Below, in pieces: positions 1-11,782 of a stretch of DNA of 64,000 bases. Both the position numbers and the translations under genes were made by a program. The stretch is taken from NCBI RefSeq assembly GCF_037042905.1, contig NC_087247.1, positions 11,354,148 through 11,418,147 on the forward strand, written 5' to 3'. The notes beneath the pieces are model-generated. The model ran no database searches, was not told the DNA's origin, and saw only the letters and a program-made list of their open reading frames with translations. Origin of the DNA: Lytechinus pictus (taxonomy: Eukaryota). Numbering within the stretch: the stretch's first letter is position 1; each line of letters begins with the position of its first letter.

Positions 1-199
1 ACGCCTATTCTTTAATTTGATTTTATTGAGTAATTATCACATGTTGCCAATATTGCTTTGTGCTTTTATTGTTATCGTTGATTCATTATTGAAAATTGGA
101 AAGGTAATGAAAAAAAAAACGAAATTTTGATTAAATACTCTCATGTAGGAGTCCGGAACGATTCAAATTTCGATTTACAAAACTGTTAACTGTTCATAT

Positions 200-420
200 C
201 TCTATACCACTGGCGGATCCAAGGGGGGCACATCCGGCACGTGCTCCCCCCCCCCCCCCTTTGAAAGTGAGGACCTTTTTTTTACTTGTAAATTTAATCG
301 TGGACGAAATAGCCTTAAATTTCAAGCGAAAACCTTTTTTTTTCTTGCTAGTCAAATTTTCATCGGAAAATGCGCCCCCCTTTTGAAACTCCTGGATCCG
401 TTCCAGTTCTATACCTTACC
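200..420. mobile_element. MITE-like element with GGCGGATCCA(A/G)GGGGGG / ..CCTGGATCCG termini and C/G homopolymer tracts. A related copy lies at 17440-17580.
   Basis: ..actggcggatccaaggggggcacatccggcacgtgctcccccccccccccc... ...gcgcccccctttt gaaactcctggatccgttcc. 17446 gcaggggcggatccaggattttccagaggggggggg ... ccccccctctggatccgccggtg. Confidence 0.5.
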
Positions 421-2929
421 CTGTTCATAATTTTATAAAACGGCATCTAATTCAAAAAGTACGCATGGATATCATTCAATTTTGACGTGGTAAAGGAAGA
501 AAGAAAGAAAAAAAAAAAGAAAGAAAGAGAGATGAGTGTGCGTGTGTGTATGTCGGAGGGAGAGAGGGTGGATATAGAGGATTACTTATCTTTCTTTGAC
601 ATAGAAAATAATAAAACAATCGTAAACGCCTTTGTAGGCCTATGGTTCTTTTTGGTATCATTATTAACTGCCATGTATTGAACGACTTCTATTAAAATGT
701 CTATAATATACATTCTACTCATGAACTTAAGGGGAAAGTGTTATTTACTTACAATATCCCTTGCAAAGGGTCCTCAAACAATCGATCTTCGTCAAAATAA
801 TGATAAATTAAAGAAAAGCGATACGAATCGCTTTGAAATTGATACGTGATACGCACATAGATTTGTGATCCAGCGAAAACTCGAATTGGCTAGAGGCGTA
901 CGTCACTGAGAAAGCAAGATTTTTTCTCTTATGTTCGGTAGCTTTCTTTTCACTCTCGACGAAAAAGTGAGGCGACGAATTTTTCGTCACACGTGCGGCA
1001 CCGTCCACATGGTCCTCAAGTTCTCCCACGGATCAAAACAAAACCAAAAAAAAATTGTCAAAGCTTTCATAAGATTATCTTGATCATCGGGCGAAGATTT
1101 GCATTCATCTGATATACAACGAAAGTGTGGATCTGAGCAATGGGCCCCAAAATACGAATCTCTTAAAAGATTCACTAATTATGTTTATCCATCAGCCTTA
1201 AAAAAAAGTAATGTTGGAGGGTTCATGGATGTATTATTTTTTCTTATTCATCTCTCTATTACTCTTATTTTTCATGCGCAGTCCTTCTGCTTTTTCTTTC
1301 GTCCTTTTCTTTTACATTCTTTTAAACTTTTCCTTTTTACGTGACCATTTATTCAATATTTACCCATTTTTTCAATAATATATTTTTATAAGATAAATAT
1401 GACTAATGTATGTTTAATGACGAAAATTATTTTCTAAGTATAATTCTCAGTAGCATAATGTATGTATGTATGTATGTTTTATTTATTTAAATACGGGATA
1501 AAAAAAACCTGCTATCAGCCGCAAGGCTGTTTTTCCGTACATAAAAGTTGAAAAACATAAAACAATAAATTATAAATCATGAACAAAATAATAAATACAT
1601 GTACAAACATTTGAACAGATATAAGTTACATTGTACATGATAAGAATAAAGATTTGAGATAAGAGAATAAGAACTAAAAAAGCAACAAAAAATATATAAA
1701 TATATACTCATTCAAAACATTAACAAAAGTACAATCAATATATATGATAAAAAAAACGAAAAATGGAGATTTAAAAACTTTGGGGGAGACAGAAGAGGCG
1801 TATGGGGTAAAAAAATACTAACGCTTTAACCCTTTCAAAAGGGTAACAAACAAAAACCTTATGACCCTTTCAAAATTAAAATCTTATTATGCTAAAGATT
1901 ATGACGTATCATTCAGAAAATAATATTATATTTCACGAAATTCCCCATTCTTTCGTTTTTCCCCTTAAGTCCCCCTCCTCATAACCCCGTGACAGATGTA
2001 ACCCTTCATTTTCCCCCATTTATTTCACTATAATTTTTAAGAATAGAAACAAATCACTGTGATTATTTGAGACTCGCTTACTTCACTCGCTTGATTTGAT
2101 CATTGGCAATTCTTTAATGACCATTTAAAATCCTTTATTACATCATCTCTCTTTTCTGAAGTATTTTTTACACCATGCTTTTCTTCTCCCTTCCTTCGCT
2201 CACTCACACATAAAGTGTACACGAACACAAACGAATTGTTTACTGTTTGAGTATATATAATAGAATCTCACAGAAAAAGATCCAGGAAACAGATTCCGTA
2301 AAAAGGGGTGGCACCAGGACATTAGGGAGCGAGACAAACTATATAAAGATGAGATAGGCCCAATTCTTATGGGGTCATCTTTCAAATTTTGCTTCATCTT
2401 TTCTCCTCTCTTTTCTCATCTGTTTCCACTTCTCGCCCCTGCCCCTCGGAAGCGCAACCATTGACAAGTTCAAAAGGAGATAGGATCTTTTGGTCAGTTG
2501 GTTTTTCACATTTAAGCACTTCACCAAAATTGTTGGAAAATTCGGGTTTTGTGTTTGCTTGCGTTAAAGGTGCCCCATTTTCAAGAAATAGCCCTGATTT
2601 TTTTGGTGTGTACGAAAAATATTCCAGATAGATATTGTTTCTATACCCCAACTCTTCTCACCGGTTTATCGACCAATTCGGTAATTTTATACTTGGACCC
2701 CGTCTAACAAAGAGTAACGATTGATCCGATCAACCACAACTATGAAAAGCCAGCAACGTCAACATCTAAACTGCCTATCTTTATTATTATTTTGGTATAT
2801 ACCATTTACCAAAAGAAAGCATCACCAGTCGTTCCTAAAGTCGTTCTTAACTTACGAACAGCTTTATGAAACGGCCCCGGGCCATGTAACTTCCGCGGCA
2901 TGAATGATAACTTTATTTCAAGCGCACAA

Positions 2930-3080
2930 GTAACGCCGTGGTGTTAACATCAGGGGCCCGTAACACAAAGGTTAGCAATGATTGTAGAACATTTTCCTAC
3001 GATTGATTGCATTGGCTACAATGTACAATCAATCGTGAAAACCAAGCGTACGATTAATCGCTAACCTTTATGTTACGGGA
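2930..3080. mobile_element. MITE GGGGCCCGTAACACAAAGGTTAGC...GCTAACCTTTATGTTACGGGACCC. Related copies lie at 8315-8400, 16545-16640 and 53315-53350.
   Basis: TIRs are readable. The internal CGATTGATTG...CAATCAATCG inverted core is shared among copies. Confidence 0.75.
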
Positions 3081-6000
3081 CCCAGATCTTCACGACATCC
3101 TGGAGATCAGAAAGGGGGATTACACTTTAACTCTACATTAATTTGAAATTCACTACACAACCACCATTTCTATATGGTTCACCCTTAATCTGTCATTTGT
3201 TGTTTATTCTTAGAAACATATCATATTACTGCGTACAGTATACTAGGCGATGATACGGGAGCAAGGGGTTTTGTTTATCATTCCAGTCTTCGAGTTGTTC
3301 TACATCTTCAGTAGATCGGGTTATAATCTACTGGAACAGCGAACGTTCTTACGGTGGAATTATTCTGGCAACATGAATATCAATGAAAAATGATAATAAA
3401 AAATGTATCGACTCTTTTTGGCCCCAATGTATTGAACACACTCTAGCTTTTCCCCTTGTTATGTTTTATTATCAGAAAGGTCATAATTTGCATTGTAATA
3501 CATATGCCTATAATAAAAGAAAACTTCAAAACGTGAAAGCAGGTTAAGATATCATTTATTAGAAACTTCAACGAATATGGGCTGGAAATAACCATATCAC
3601 TAAATATGTTTAAATGATGAATTCGCTCCTACTAGTTCTACATCTACGTTAGATCTGGATTATCAAAAGTAGCCATTGATAAGAGACTACCAAGATAAAT
3701 ATTTGAATGTTTTCATAATCTACATACAAGCCAATGGACGTGGTTTTCATAAAATAGTATGCGAGTTACGAATGATTTCACGCCAGACTGGTGACCCTTT
3801 CTTTTGCTAAACGATGCATCCAAGTGTGGCTCATTTAGCACCGAAGAACATGTTCCAGTCGTGCGTAAAGTCTTAAGTTAATTCTCGAAAAGCTTTATGG
3901 AACACCCAAAAGGTGTATATGTGTGAGTCATAACTGATGGATTATCTTTCCGTTATAATGCAAACCATTAAGTAAAAATAAATATGCAAGTTTGTGGTGA
4001 CCTGCCGGTTCAATCGGGTTTGCTGATATTATTTTTGACAAGGCAATATTTGGAAAATTTTAGACCAGTCCACCCCCAAACTCCCCCCCCCCCCAATAAT
4101 CAATATAGAAAATGGTCATAATTCCCTTCACCATTCCAAACTATACAGGCCTCTAGGCCTAATGAAACACATGTACAAGCTTCCAATCATCGCTTTCGAT
4201 CGCTTTATTGAAGAAATTACACCCCGTTTATAAATGTCTCCATCTCCCATATATAACTTTTAGATGAATACATGACTTGTGTGTAATTTTCATGATGAGA
4301 ATTTGAGAAGATGCTGGGCTCCAAGCGCTTGGATGACAATTTTGATCTGACACCGGAGTCGTGTTGGAAGTTCAGTCAAAATGGGACCTATGCGTGTAGA
4401 CCTAGGCCACGCGAGAAAAGCAGAAATAGATAGAGGGGACGGGCATTAGGGAGGACTAGAATGACATGGAGGAGAGAAGGAGAGAGTATCAATTATAGAA
4501 GCGATGGCATTAATAAAGGGAGAAGAAATTCAATTAGAAAATACAGCAGGATGGTGGATGGTGTCATAGCCGGGGGAGAAGTATATGTATACCACATTGT
4601 ACCAACACTTATGTTACTTTACAATTTGATTACAAAGTGATAAAAAAAATGTCCAGTTGAAATTTTTTTTGCAGTACTAAGTATAACATCACACCCATGA
4701 AAAACTACACAGAGCCCTTCTTTCGATCTGGACGTCAGGGGTTCGAGACCCCTTAATCAATCATGATGTAAAAGATCTTGACCTTCTGTCTTCAGGTTAA
4801 GAGCTTGGCATGTTGAAACAGATTATCATGATCTGGACTTACATCAGAGAGAGAGAGAGAAAAAAAAGAAATTATGCCCTGCAAAAACGACCATATAGAC
4901 TAATTTGAGATAATCAACGTGGCTACCGTAGAAAAAAACCTTAATAAACCATTATTATTCGCATAATTCTTTGCCCAATCATATTTTAATGTGTTGATAC
5001 CGTTGTAATAGATGAGCATGATATTGAGTCACTGGCGTACCTAGGATTTTCCAGAAGGGGGGCAAATTTTTTGGAGGATATTTCATACCACAAAAAAATT
5101 TGACAAGCAAAAAAAAAAAAAAGTCTTCAACCACAAAATAATAAAGGATTTCTTACCACAAAAAAATTTTAAGGAAAAAAAAAAGGTCTTCAGGTTCAAA
5201 AGACGTATTTTTTTTATCGCATTTCACATTACAAATTATCAGTTGTGACTCGTCAGGGGGGCAGGGATACGTCCCCTGCATGAGTTGTGACTCGTCAGGG
5301 GGCAGTCTACCCCCCCCCCCTTAGGTACGCTAGTGTATTGAGTCCTTTTTATGCTTTCAGAATTAAACATGAAATTTAGAAGACATCCAGTCTGATTAAT
5401 CTAACTGAGGAAATCCGTGATGCATAATACATGTCCTCATAACATAACTGTCATACCATTCTATTTTATTTGGATTCATTCAAATTGAGCGTCTTTTTTT
5501 TTTCTTTTTTCCTAGTGAGCAAATCAAAAATCTAGATATTATTCAATCTTCAAATTAGTTACGAATTTCGCCTATAAATCTAATAAACTTGAGCGTAATT
5601 TTTACAATCAGTCATGACATTAATTACATTAAAAAAAGACAAGTCTGCAGTCTCGTCTGCACTACGCAATTCATACATGTAGTGATACTGTAAATTCGAA
5701 ACTTTTCTCTCTTTTATTTAACATTTGAAAATATAATGCAATAATCCATGGCCACTATTATTGAAAATGTAAATTATTGGTGCCCACTAATGCTGTAATA
5801 AAGAAATGTTCACTAAAGAGGAAATTGCCAAGCCCTAATATTGAATTTAAGGCATGATTATCATTTGATATCTACGAGAAAACATGCATATACACTTGCA
5901 ACATATAAATGGCAGATATTCCTGTACACAATATTATGACAAGTTTCAATGAATAAGGAAATGAATGGCTATGGCCGTTTACTTTTAAAAGTTGTAATCA

Positions 6001-6106
6001 CCAAATACATAAAATAAAGTAATTACTACAAAATCCTTTACAAAACTAATGGTCATAATGTATGCAGTATAATGGAGTATGACCATGATATGTTGAAAAA
6101 TATGTG

Positions 6107-7233
6107 ACAAGTGGAACGCATCTGGCAGTCTCGCCTGTATTACGCGATCCAATTTAGCAGCAGTGCTGACTTTGAAAACAACTATCGAATTATTCACAAA
6201 AACACCATTCATATGATAATATAATATTATGTTCATTGACCCTAAATGACCTTTGACCTTGGTTATGTGACATGACACTCACTCTGCATATTCAGTGATA
6301 TATGATTGCTCTTATGTAAAAGTTTCATGAACTAGATCTATAAACTTTCATAGTTATGATAGCAATTCAACAAATAACCCTAACATGGCCAAAGTTTATT
6401 GAACCTAATAACTTTGACCTTTGCCATGTGATCATAATGTTCAGTGATATACCATTACCCTTATGTCCAAGTTTCATGAACTGGATTCCTAAACTCACGA
6501 CATTTCAAAAACTTAACCTCAGTTAAGATGTTGAATACCACAACATGATATGTTAATTGACTCTAAATGACCTTTGACCTTAGTCCTGTAACCTGAAACT
6601 CCGGCAGGATGTTCAGTAACACTTGATTAATCTTATGTCCAAGTTTCATGAACCAAGTCCGTAAACCTTTTATAGGACAAGTCCACCCCAACAAAAAAAT
6701 GATTTGAATAAGAAGAGAAAAATCCATCAAGCATAACACTAAAATTTTCATCAAAATCGGATGTAAAATAAGAAAGTTATGACATTTTAAAGTTTCGCTT
6801 AATTTCACCAAACAGTTTGTTTAATACTGTATGATTCAGTCAAGTCGGTCCCTATGGTCAAATCTGTAAAAAAATGAAATATTGTATAATTCAAACAATA
6901 AAAAACAAAAGAAAAAGTGAGTGATGGACATCATCGACAGACTAATTTGCATGTCACTGAGTTGTGCATATCACTGTTTTGTGAAAAATAAGCGAAACTT
7001 TAAAATGCCATAATTTTCTTATTTTACATCCGATTTTGATGAAATTTTCAGTGTTATGCTAGTTTGATATTTCTCTATTTATTCAAATCAAAATTTTGCT
7101 GGGGTGGACTTGACCTTTAAGTTATGATATTTCAAAAACTTAACCTTGGTTAAGATTTTAATGTTGACGGCGCCGCCGTCGCAAAAGCGGGGCCTATATA
7201 GTCTCGCTCTGCCATGCAGGCAGGACAAAAATG
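6107..7233 (+). mobile_element. TIR-bounded non-autonomous element carrying an internal satellite-like array. About 14-bp terminal inverted repeats GTCTCGCCTGCAT / ATGCAGGCGAGAC. Internal tandem ~140-170-bp units (..ttcattgaccctaaatgacctttgaccttggt.atgtgac.tgaaactc..). Copy E1 is full length and hosts the nested Harbinger-like MITE.
   Basis: The start ..acaagtggaacgcatctggcaGTCTCGCCTGtattacgcg and the end ..ggcctatatagtctcgctctgccATGCAGGCaGGACaaaaatg are shared by six loci. The internal units are visibly reiterated. Confidence 0.75.
6680..7117. mobile_element. ~440-bp MITE with ~130-bp terminal inverted repeats (GGACAAGTCCACCCCAACAAAAA...). It has a 3-bp TTA target-site duplication, so it is PIF/Harbinger-like. 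Present in duplication copy A only.
   Basis: Copy A reads ..aaacctttta[tagGGACAAGTCC....GGACTTGACCttta]agttatgat. Copy B at about 11375 reads ..aaaccttttaagttataatgat with no element. Related copies lie at 22375..22960 and partially at 28330..28510. Confidence 0.8.
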
Positions 7234-7320
7234 ACATTCTTGTGACACAGTCATGACTGTGTCTGTGTACACACACACACACACGCATTATTATTTTATT
7301 CATTTTCATTTTCTAACAAG

Positions 7321-7475
7321 TGCACATCTAGTTACCAATAATGCATATAGCATTTCCATTTATTTGAAAGCAGGATAAAAGAGCAATGTCTTGCCAACGG
7401 GCATAGGTGCCGCAGCCGGGGATCGAACCCCGGACTTTCCATGTATAGCCAGGCGCCTTAGACCACTCGGCCACG
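7321..7475 (-). mobile_element. tRNA-derived SINE or tRNA pseudogene. The class-II-like head is GGTGCCGTGGCCGAGTGGTCTAAGGCGCC..GGGGTTCGATCCCC..CGGCACC. The tail is ..ATGGAAATGCTATATGCATT. It is duplicated at 11620..11782.
   Basis: Acceptor-like 7-bp stems pair. The D-loop GCCGAGTGGTCTAAGGCG and T-loop GGTTCGATCC are present. I could not form an anticodon stem-loop, so I do not call it a functional tRNA. Confidence 0.5.
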
Positions 7476-9104
7476 GCACCTCCACATACCCACACACCCA
7501 TCCTTACCCACTCACTCCCAGCGTCATACACTTAAATAAATTTAAAAAAAGTGAGTCAATAAGTCAATGTATTATGCCAACGATAAATTATTCATTATTT
7601 TTCAGGGAACTCCTTCCTTCAGTGGGGCTTTTAAAAACGATTATCATATTATTTTTTATATAAAATATACATACATGTATGACCTTGTGGAAACCCAATT
7701 AGCCAACATCCTCTATGATGAAGAACATAAAACATGTAACGGTAAAAGTCGAGCTGGTAACTCAATCTTATCACAATTTCAAAGGATTTGGTTCCATTCG
7801 ACTATTACCAGGTCTTTGAATAATTTCTCCCAACGTCTCTACCAACATTTAAACATTAAAACAGTATCCAATTGCTGACGTCATAAATTAACTTGAGTCG
7901 ATGCAGTTGTGAGTGGATTTGAGGTGTGACAAAACGCACGTACTCCTATTTTAATTTTTATCTACTTGCACAGAAAAAAAAAGAAAAGAAAAACTTAGAC
8001 AAATAAGATTGGTAATGTAATGTGGCAATTAGTTCTGATTATCCCTTTATGATAGTGTTCAATAAAGGATTGACTAAATCTGAAAGACACATTTACAAGG
8101 AAGAGGTCCTATTGCAAATATAATTTCCCCTGCGACTCTTTTGCTGTACTGCACTGCAAAAACACCGGTGTTGATTCAACACCAGCCCGGTATCTAAATT
8201 GTCCACATCAGAGAAGTGTTAAGCAACACCTATTTGATTTTGGTCTAACACTAGATAGGGGTTTATTATACAACACCAATTAGTAAAAACAGCATCGGTT
8301 TGATTCCAAACTGGGTCCCGTAACACAAAGGTTAGCGATTAATCGTAAGCTTGATTTTTACGATTGATTGTACATTGTAGTCAATGGAATCAATCGTAGA
8401 AAAATGTTGGTAAATCGACACTGGAGTTTTTGCATTGTAATTCAAATATTACACCTCCTTTTTTTTGGGGGGGGGGGGGGTAAGGTTACAATATAATCAC
8501 AATGTCTGATTGTTGTGTTTCAGGTCAGTGAAATACCAACTTCTTTGACTTTGTTCCTCTCTCCGTCTGTTCCTCGTATGCCACGCACCCTCATCTAATT
8601 TATTTATAAATAATTGGTAAAATGATTTTTTTTAAATGCCTCTGTCATTGTATGTTTTATGTCTGTATAATCATATCCCGTTTTAAACTGAATGTCATTC
8701 AGCCATTCGGCTATTTTCAGTACATATTTTTTTTCACATAAATCATTGAATAAATAAATAATAAATGAATAAACCAAAATCGGAACATTTATCATCCCGG
8801 TCGAATTTGTCAAATTGACTATTACTGAGTACTTAGATTCGATCCTCTTATTTCAATTAATCATATTCAACAAAGTGATAAAAAAGATTTCCAGTTGAAT
8901 TTTTTTTGCAGTACTAAGTATAACATCACACCCATGAAAAACTACACAGAGCCCCTCTTTCGATCTGGACGTCAGGGGTTCGAGACCCCTTAATCAATCA
9001 TGATGTAAAAGATCTTGACCTTCTGTCTTCAAGTTAAGAGCTTGGCATGTTGAAACAGATTATTATGATCTGGACTTACGTCAGAGAGAGAGAGAGAGCG
9101 AAAA

Positions 9105-10570
9105 AATTATGCCCTGCAAAAACGACCATATAGACCAATTTGAGATAATCAACGTGGCTACCGTAGAAAAAAACCTTCATAAACCATTATTATTCACATA
9201 ATTCTTTGCCCAATCATATTGAGCATGATATTGAGTCACTGGCGTACCTAGGATTTTCCAGAAGGGGGGTAAATTTTTTGGAGGATATTTCATACCACAA
9301 AAAATTGACAAGCAAAAAAAAAAAAAAAGGTCTTCAACCACAAATAAAAGAATTTCGTACCACCAAAAAGAAAAAAAAAAGAAAAAAAAAGGTCTTCAAC
9401 CAAAAAAAGGATTTCTTACCACCAAAAAATTTGACAAGCAAAAAAGAAAAAAAAAAGGTCTTCAGGTTCAAATGACGTCTTTTTTTATTGCATATTTACA
9501 TTACAAATTATTAATTTGGCATCTCAAAATGGGGGGGGGGGGGGGCACGTCCCCTGTATCAGTTGTGACTCGTCAGGGGGGGCAGGGAAACGTCCCCTGC
9601 ATGATTTGTGACTCGTCAGGGGGGCAGTCTGCCCCCCCCCCTTAGGTCCGCTAGTGTATTGAGTCCTTTTTATGCTTTCAGAATTAAACATAAAATTTAG
9701 AAGACATCCAGTCTGATTAATCTAACTGAGGAAATCCGTGATGCATAATACATGTCCTCATAACATAACTGTCATACCATTCTATTTTATTTGGATTCAT
9801 TCAAATTGAGAGTCTTTTTTCCCAGTGAGCAAATCACAAATCTAGATATTATTCAATCTTCAAATTAGTTACGAATTTCGCCTATAAATCTAATAAACTT
9901 GAGCGTAATTTGTACAATCAGCCTTGACATTAATTACATTTAAAAAAAAAGACAAAAGTCTGCAGTCTCGTCTGCACTACGCAATTCATACATGTAGTGA
10001 TACTGTAAATTCGAAACTTTTCTCTCTTTTATTTAACATTTGAAAATATAATGCAATAATCCACGGCCACTATTATTCAAAATGTAAATTATTGGTGCCC
10101 ACTAATGCTGTAATAAAGAAATGTTCACTAAACAGGAAATTGCCAAGCCCTAATATTCAATATTAGGGCTTGGCAATTTCCTGTTTAGTGAACATTTTTT
10201 TTTTCTTTTTTGCTTGTCAAATTTTTTGGTGGTAAGAAATCCTTTTTTTGGTTGAAGACCTTTTTTTTTCTTTTTCTTTTCTTTTTGGTGGTACGAAATT
10301 CTTTTATTTGTGGTTGAAGACCTTTTTTTTTTTTTTTTGCTTGTCAATTTTTTGTGGTATGAAATATCCTCCAAAAAATTTACCCCCCTTCTGGAAAATC
10401 CTAGGTACGCCAGTGACTCAATATCATGCTCAATATGATTGGGCAAAGAATTATGTGAATAATAATGGTTTATGAAGGTTTTTTTCTACGGTAGCCACGT
10501 TGATTATCTCAAATTGGTCTATATGGTCGTAAATATTAAATGATAATCAGGCCTGATTATCATTTAATAT
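9105..10570. repeat. Fold-back inverted duplication in copy B. 10159..10520 is the reverse complement of about 9105..9455 plus 10100..10157. It is joined through a perfect 81-bp palindrome centred at 10158 and closed by a second perfect ~50-bp palindrome at 10521..10570.
   Basis: Identical peptide MPNHIEHDIESLAYLGFSRRGVNFLEDISYHKKLTSKKKKK appears in ORF 9206..9475 (+) and ORF 10150..10446 (-). 10118-10157 is the exact reverse complement of 10159-10198. cgtaaatattaaatgataatcagg|cctgattatcatttaatatttacg is a perfect palindrome. Confidence 0.85.
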
Positions 10571-10805
10571 TTACGAGAAAACATGCATATACACTTGCAA
10601 CATATAAATGGCAGATATTCCTGTACACAATTATGACAAGTTTCAATGAATAAGGAAATGAATGGCTATGGCCGTTTACTTTTTAAAGTTTAATCACCAA
10701 ATACATAAAATAAAGTAATTACTACAAGATCATTTACAAAACTAATGGTCATAATTTATGCAGTATAATGGAGTAGTATGACCATGATATGTTGAAAAAT
10801 ATGTG

Positions 10806-11491
10806 ACAAGTTGAACGCATCTGGCAGTCTCGCCTGCATTACGCGATCCAATTTAGCAGCAGTGCTGACTTTGAAAACAACTATCGAATTATTCACAAAA
10901 ACACCATTCATATGATAATATAATACTATGTTCATTGACCCTAAATGACCTTTTACCTTGGTTATGTGACACGATACTCACTCTGCATGTTCAGTGATAT
11001 ATGATTGCTCTTATGTCAAAGTGTCATGAACTAGATCTATAAACTTTCAAAGTTATGATAGGAATTCAACAAATAACCCTAACATGGCCAAAGTTCATTG
11101 AACCTAATGACCTTTGCCATGTGATCTTATGTTCAGATATATACCATTACCCTTGTGTCCAAGTTTAATGAACTGGATTCATAAAATTTCAAAGTTATGA
11201 CGACATTTCAAAAACTTAACTTCAGTTAAGATTTTGATGTTGATTCCTCGAACATGTTAATTGACCATAATTGTCATTCGACCTTGGTCATGTAACCTGA
11301 AACTCCGGCAGGATGTTCAGTAACACTTGATTAATCTTATATCCAAGTTTCATGAACCAAGTCCGTAAACCTTTTAAGTTATAATGATATTTCAAAAACT
11401 TAACCTTGGTTAAGATTTTAATGTTGACGGCGCGCCGTCGCAAAAGCGGGGCCTATATAGTCTCGATCTGCTATGCAGGCGAGACAAAAAT
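10806..11491 (+). mobile_element. Same TIR/satellite element family, copy E2. Paralogue of E1 in duplication copy B, without the nested MITE.
   Basis: Start ..ttgaacgcatctggcagtctcgcctgcattacgcg. End ..tagtctcgatctgctatgcaggcgagacaaaaatg. Confidence 0.75.
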
Positions 11492-11619
11492 GACATTCAT
11501 GTGTGTGTACAATTAAAAAAAAATGAAAATAATAATAATGTGTGTGTGTGCATACACACAAATTATTATCTTTATGATAATTTTTTTTAAACAAGTGCAC
11601 ATCTACATGTAGTTACCAA

Positions 11620-11782
11620 TAATGCATATAGCATTTCCATTTACAGTATTTGAAAGCAGGATAAAAGAGCATTGTTGATTACGTGCCTTGCTCATGGACA
11701 TAGGTGCCGCGGCCGGGGATCGAACCCCGGACTTTCCATGTATAGCTAGGCGCCTTAGACCACTCGGCCACGGCACCTCCAC
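11620..11782 (-). mobile_element. Paralogous copy of the 7321-7475 tRNA-like SINE, within duplication copy B.
   Basis: Near-identical sequence ..ggtgccgcggccggggatcgaaccccggactttccatgtatagctaggcgccttagaccactcggccacggcacctcc. Confidence 0.5.

Larger units (their letters stand above)
4640..8270 (+). repeat. Segmental duplication copy A (~3.6 kb), paralogous to 8880..12558.
   Basis: Long near-identical collinear blocks, e.g. 4650-5400 vs 8890-9700, 5340-6670 vs 9640-11380, and 7120-8270 vs 11390-12558. The duplicated ORF-track peptides agree, e.g. 7567..7878. Confidence 0.9.

Noticed and set aside
7391-7475. Possible functional tRNA gene, with a copy at 11700-11782
   Set aside because: The acceptor stem, D-loop and T-loop are tRNA-like, but I could not build a 5-bp anticodon stem with a 7-nt loop. 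The sequence is followed by a SINE-type tail, so it is called a tRNA-derived SINE or pseudogene instead.
9206-9475. Lys-rich ORFs (MPNHIEHDIESLAYLGFSRRGVNFLEDISYHKKLTSKKKKK...) present three times
   Set aside because: They are translations of A-rich repeat DNA (..caaaaaaaatttgacaagcaaaaaaaaa..). They are copies within the segmental and inverted duplications, not a gene family.
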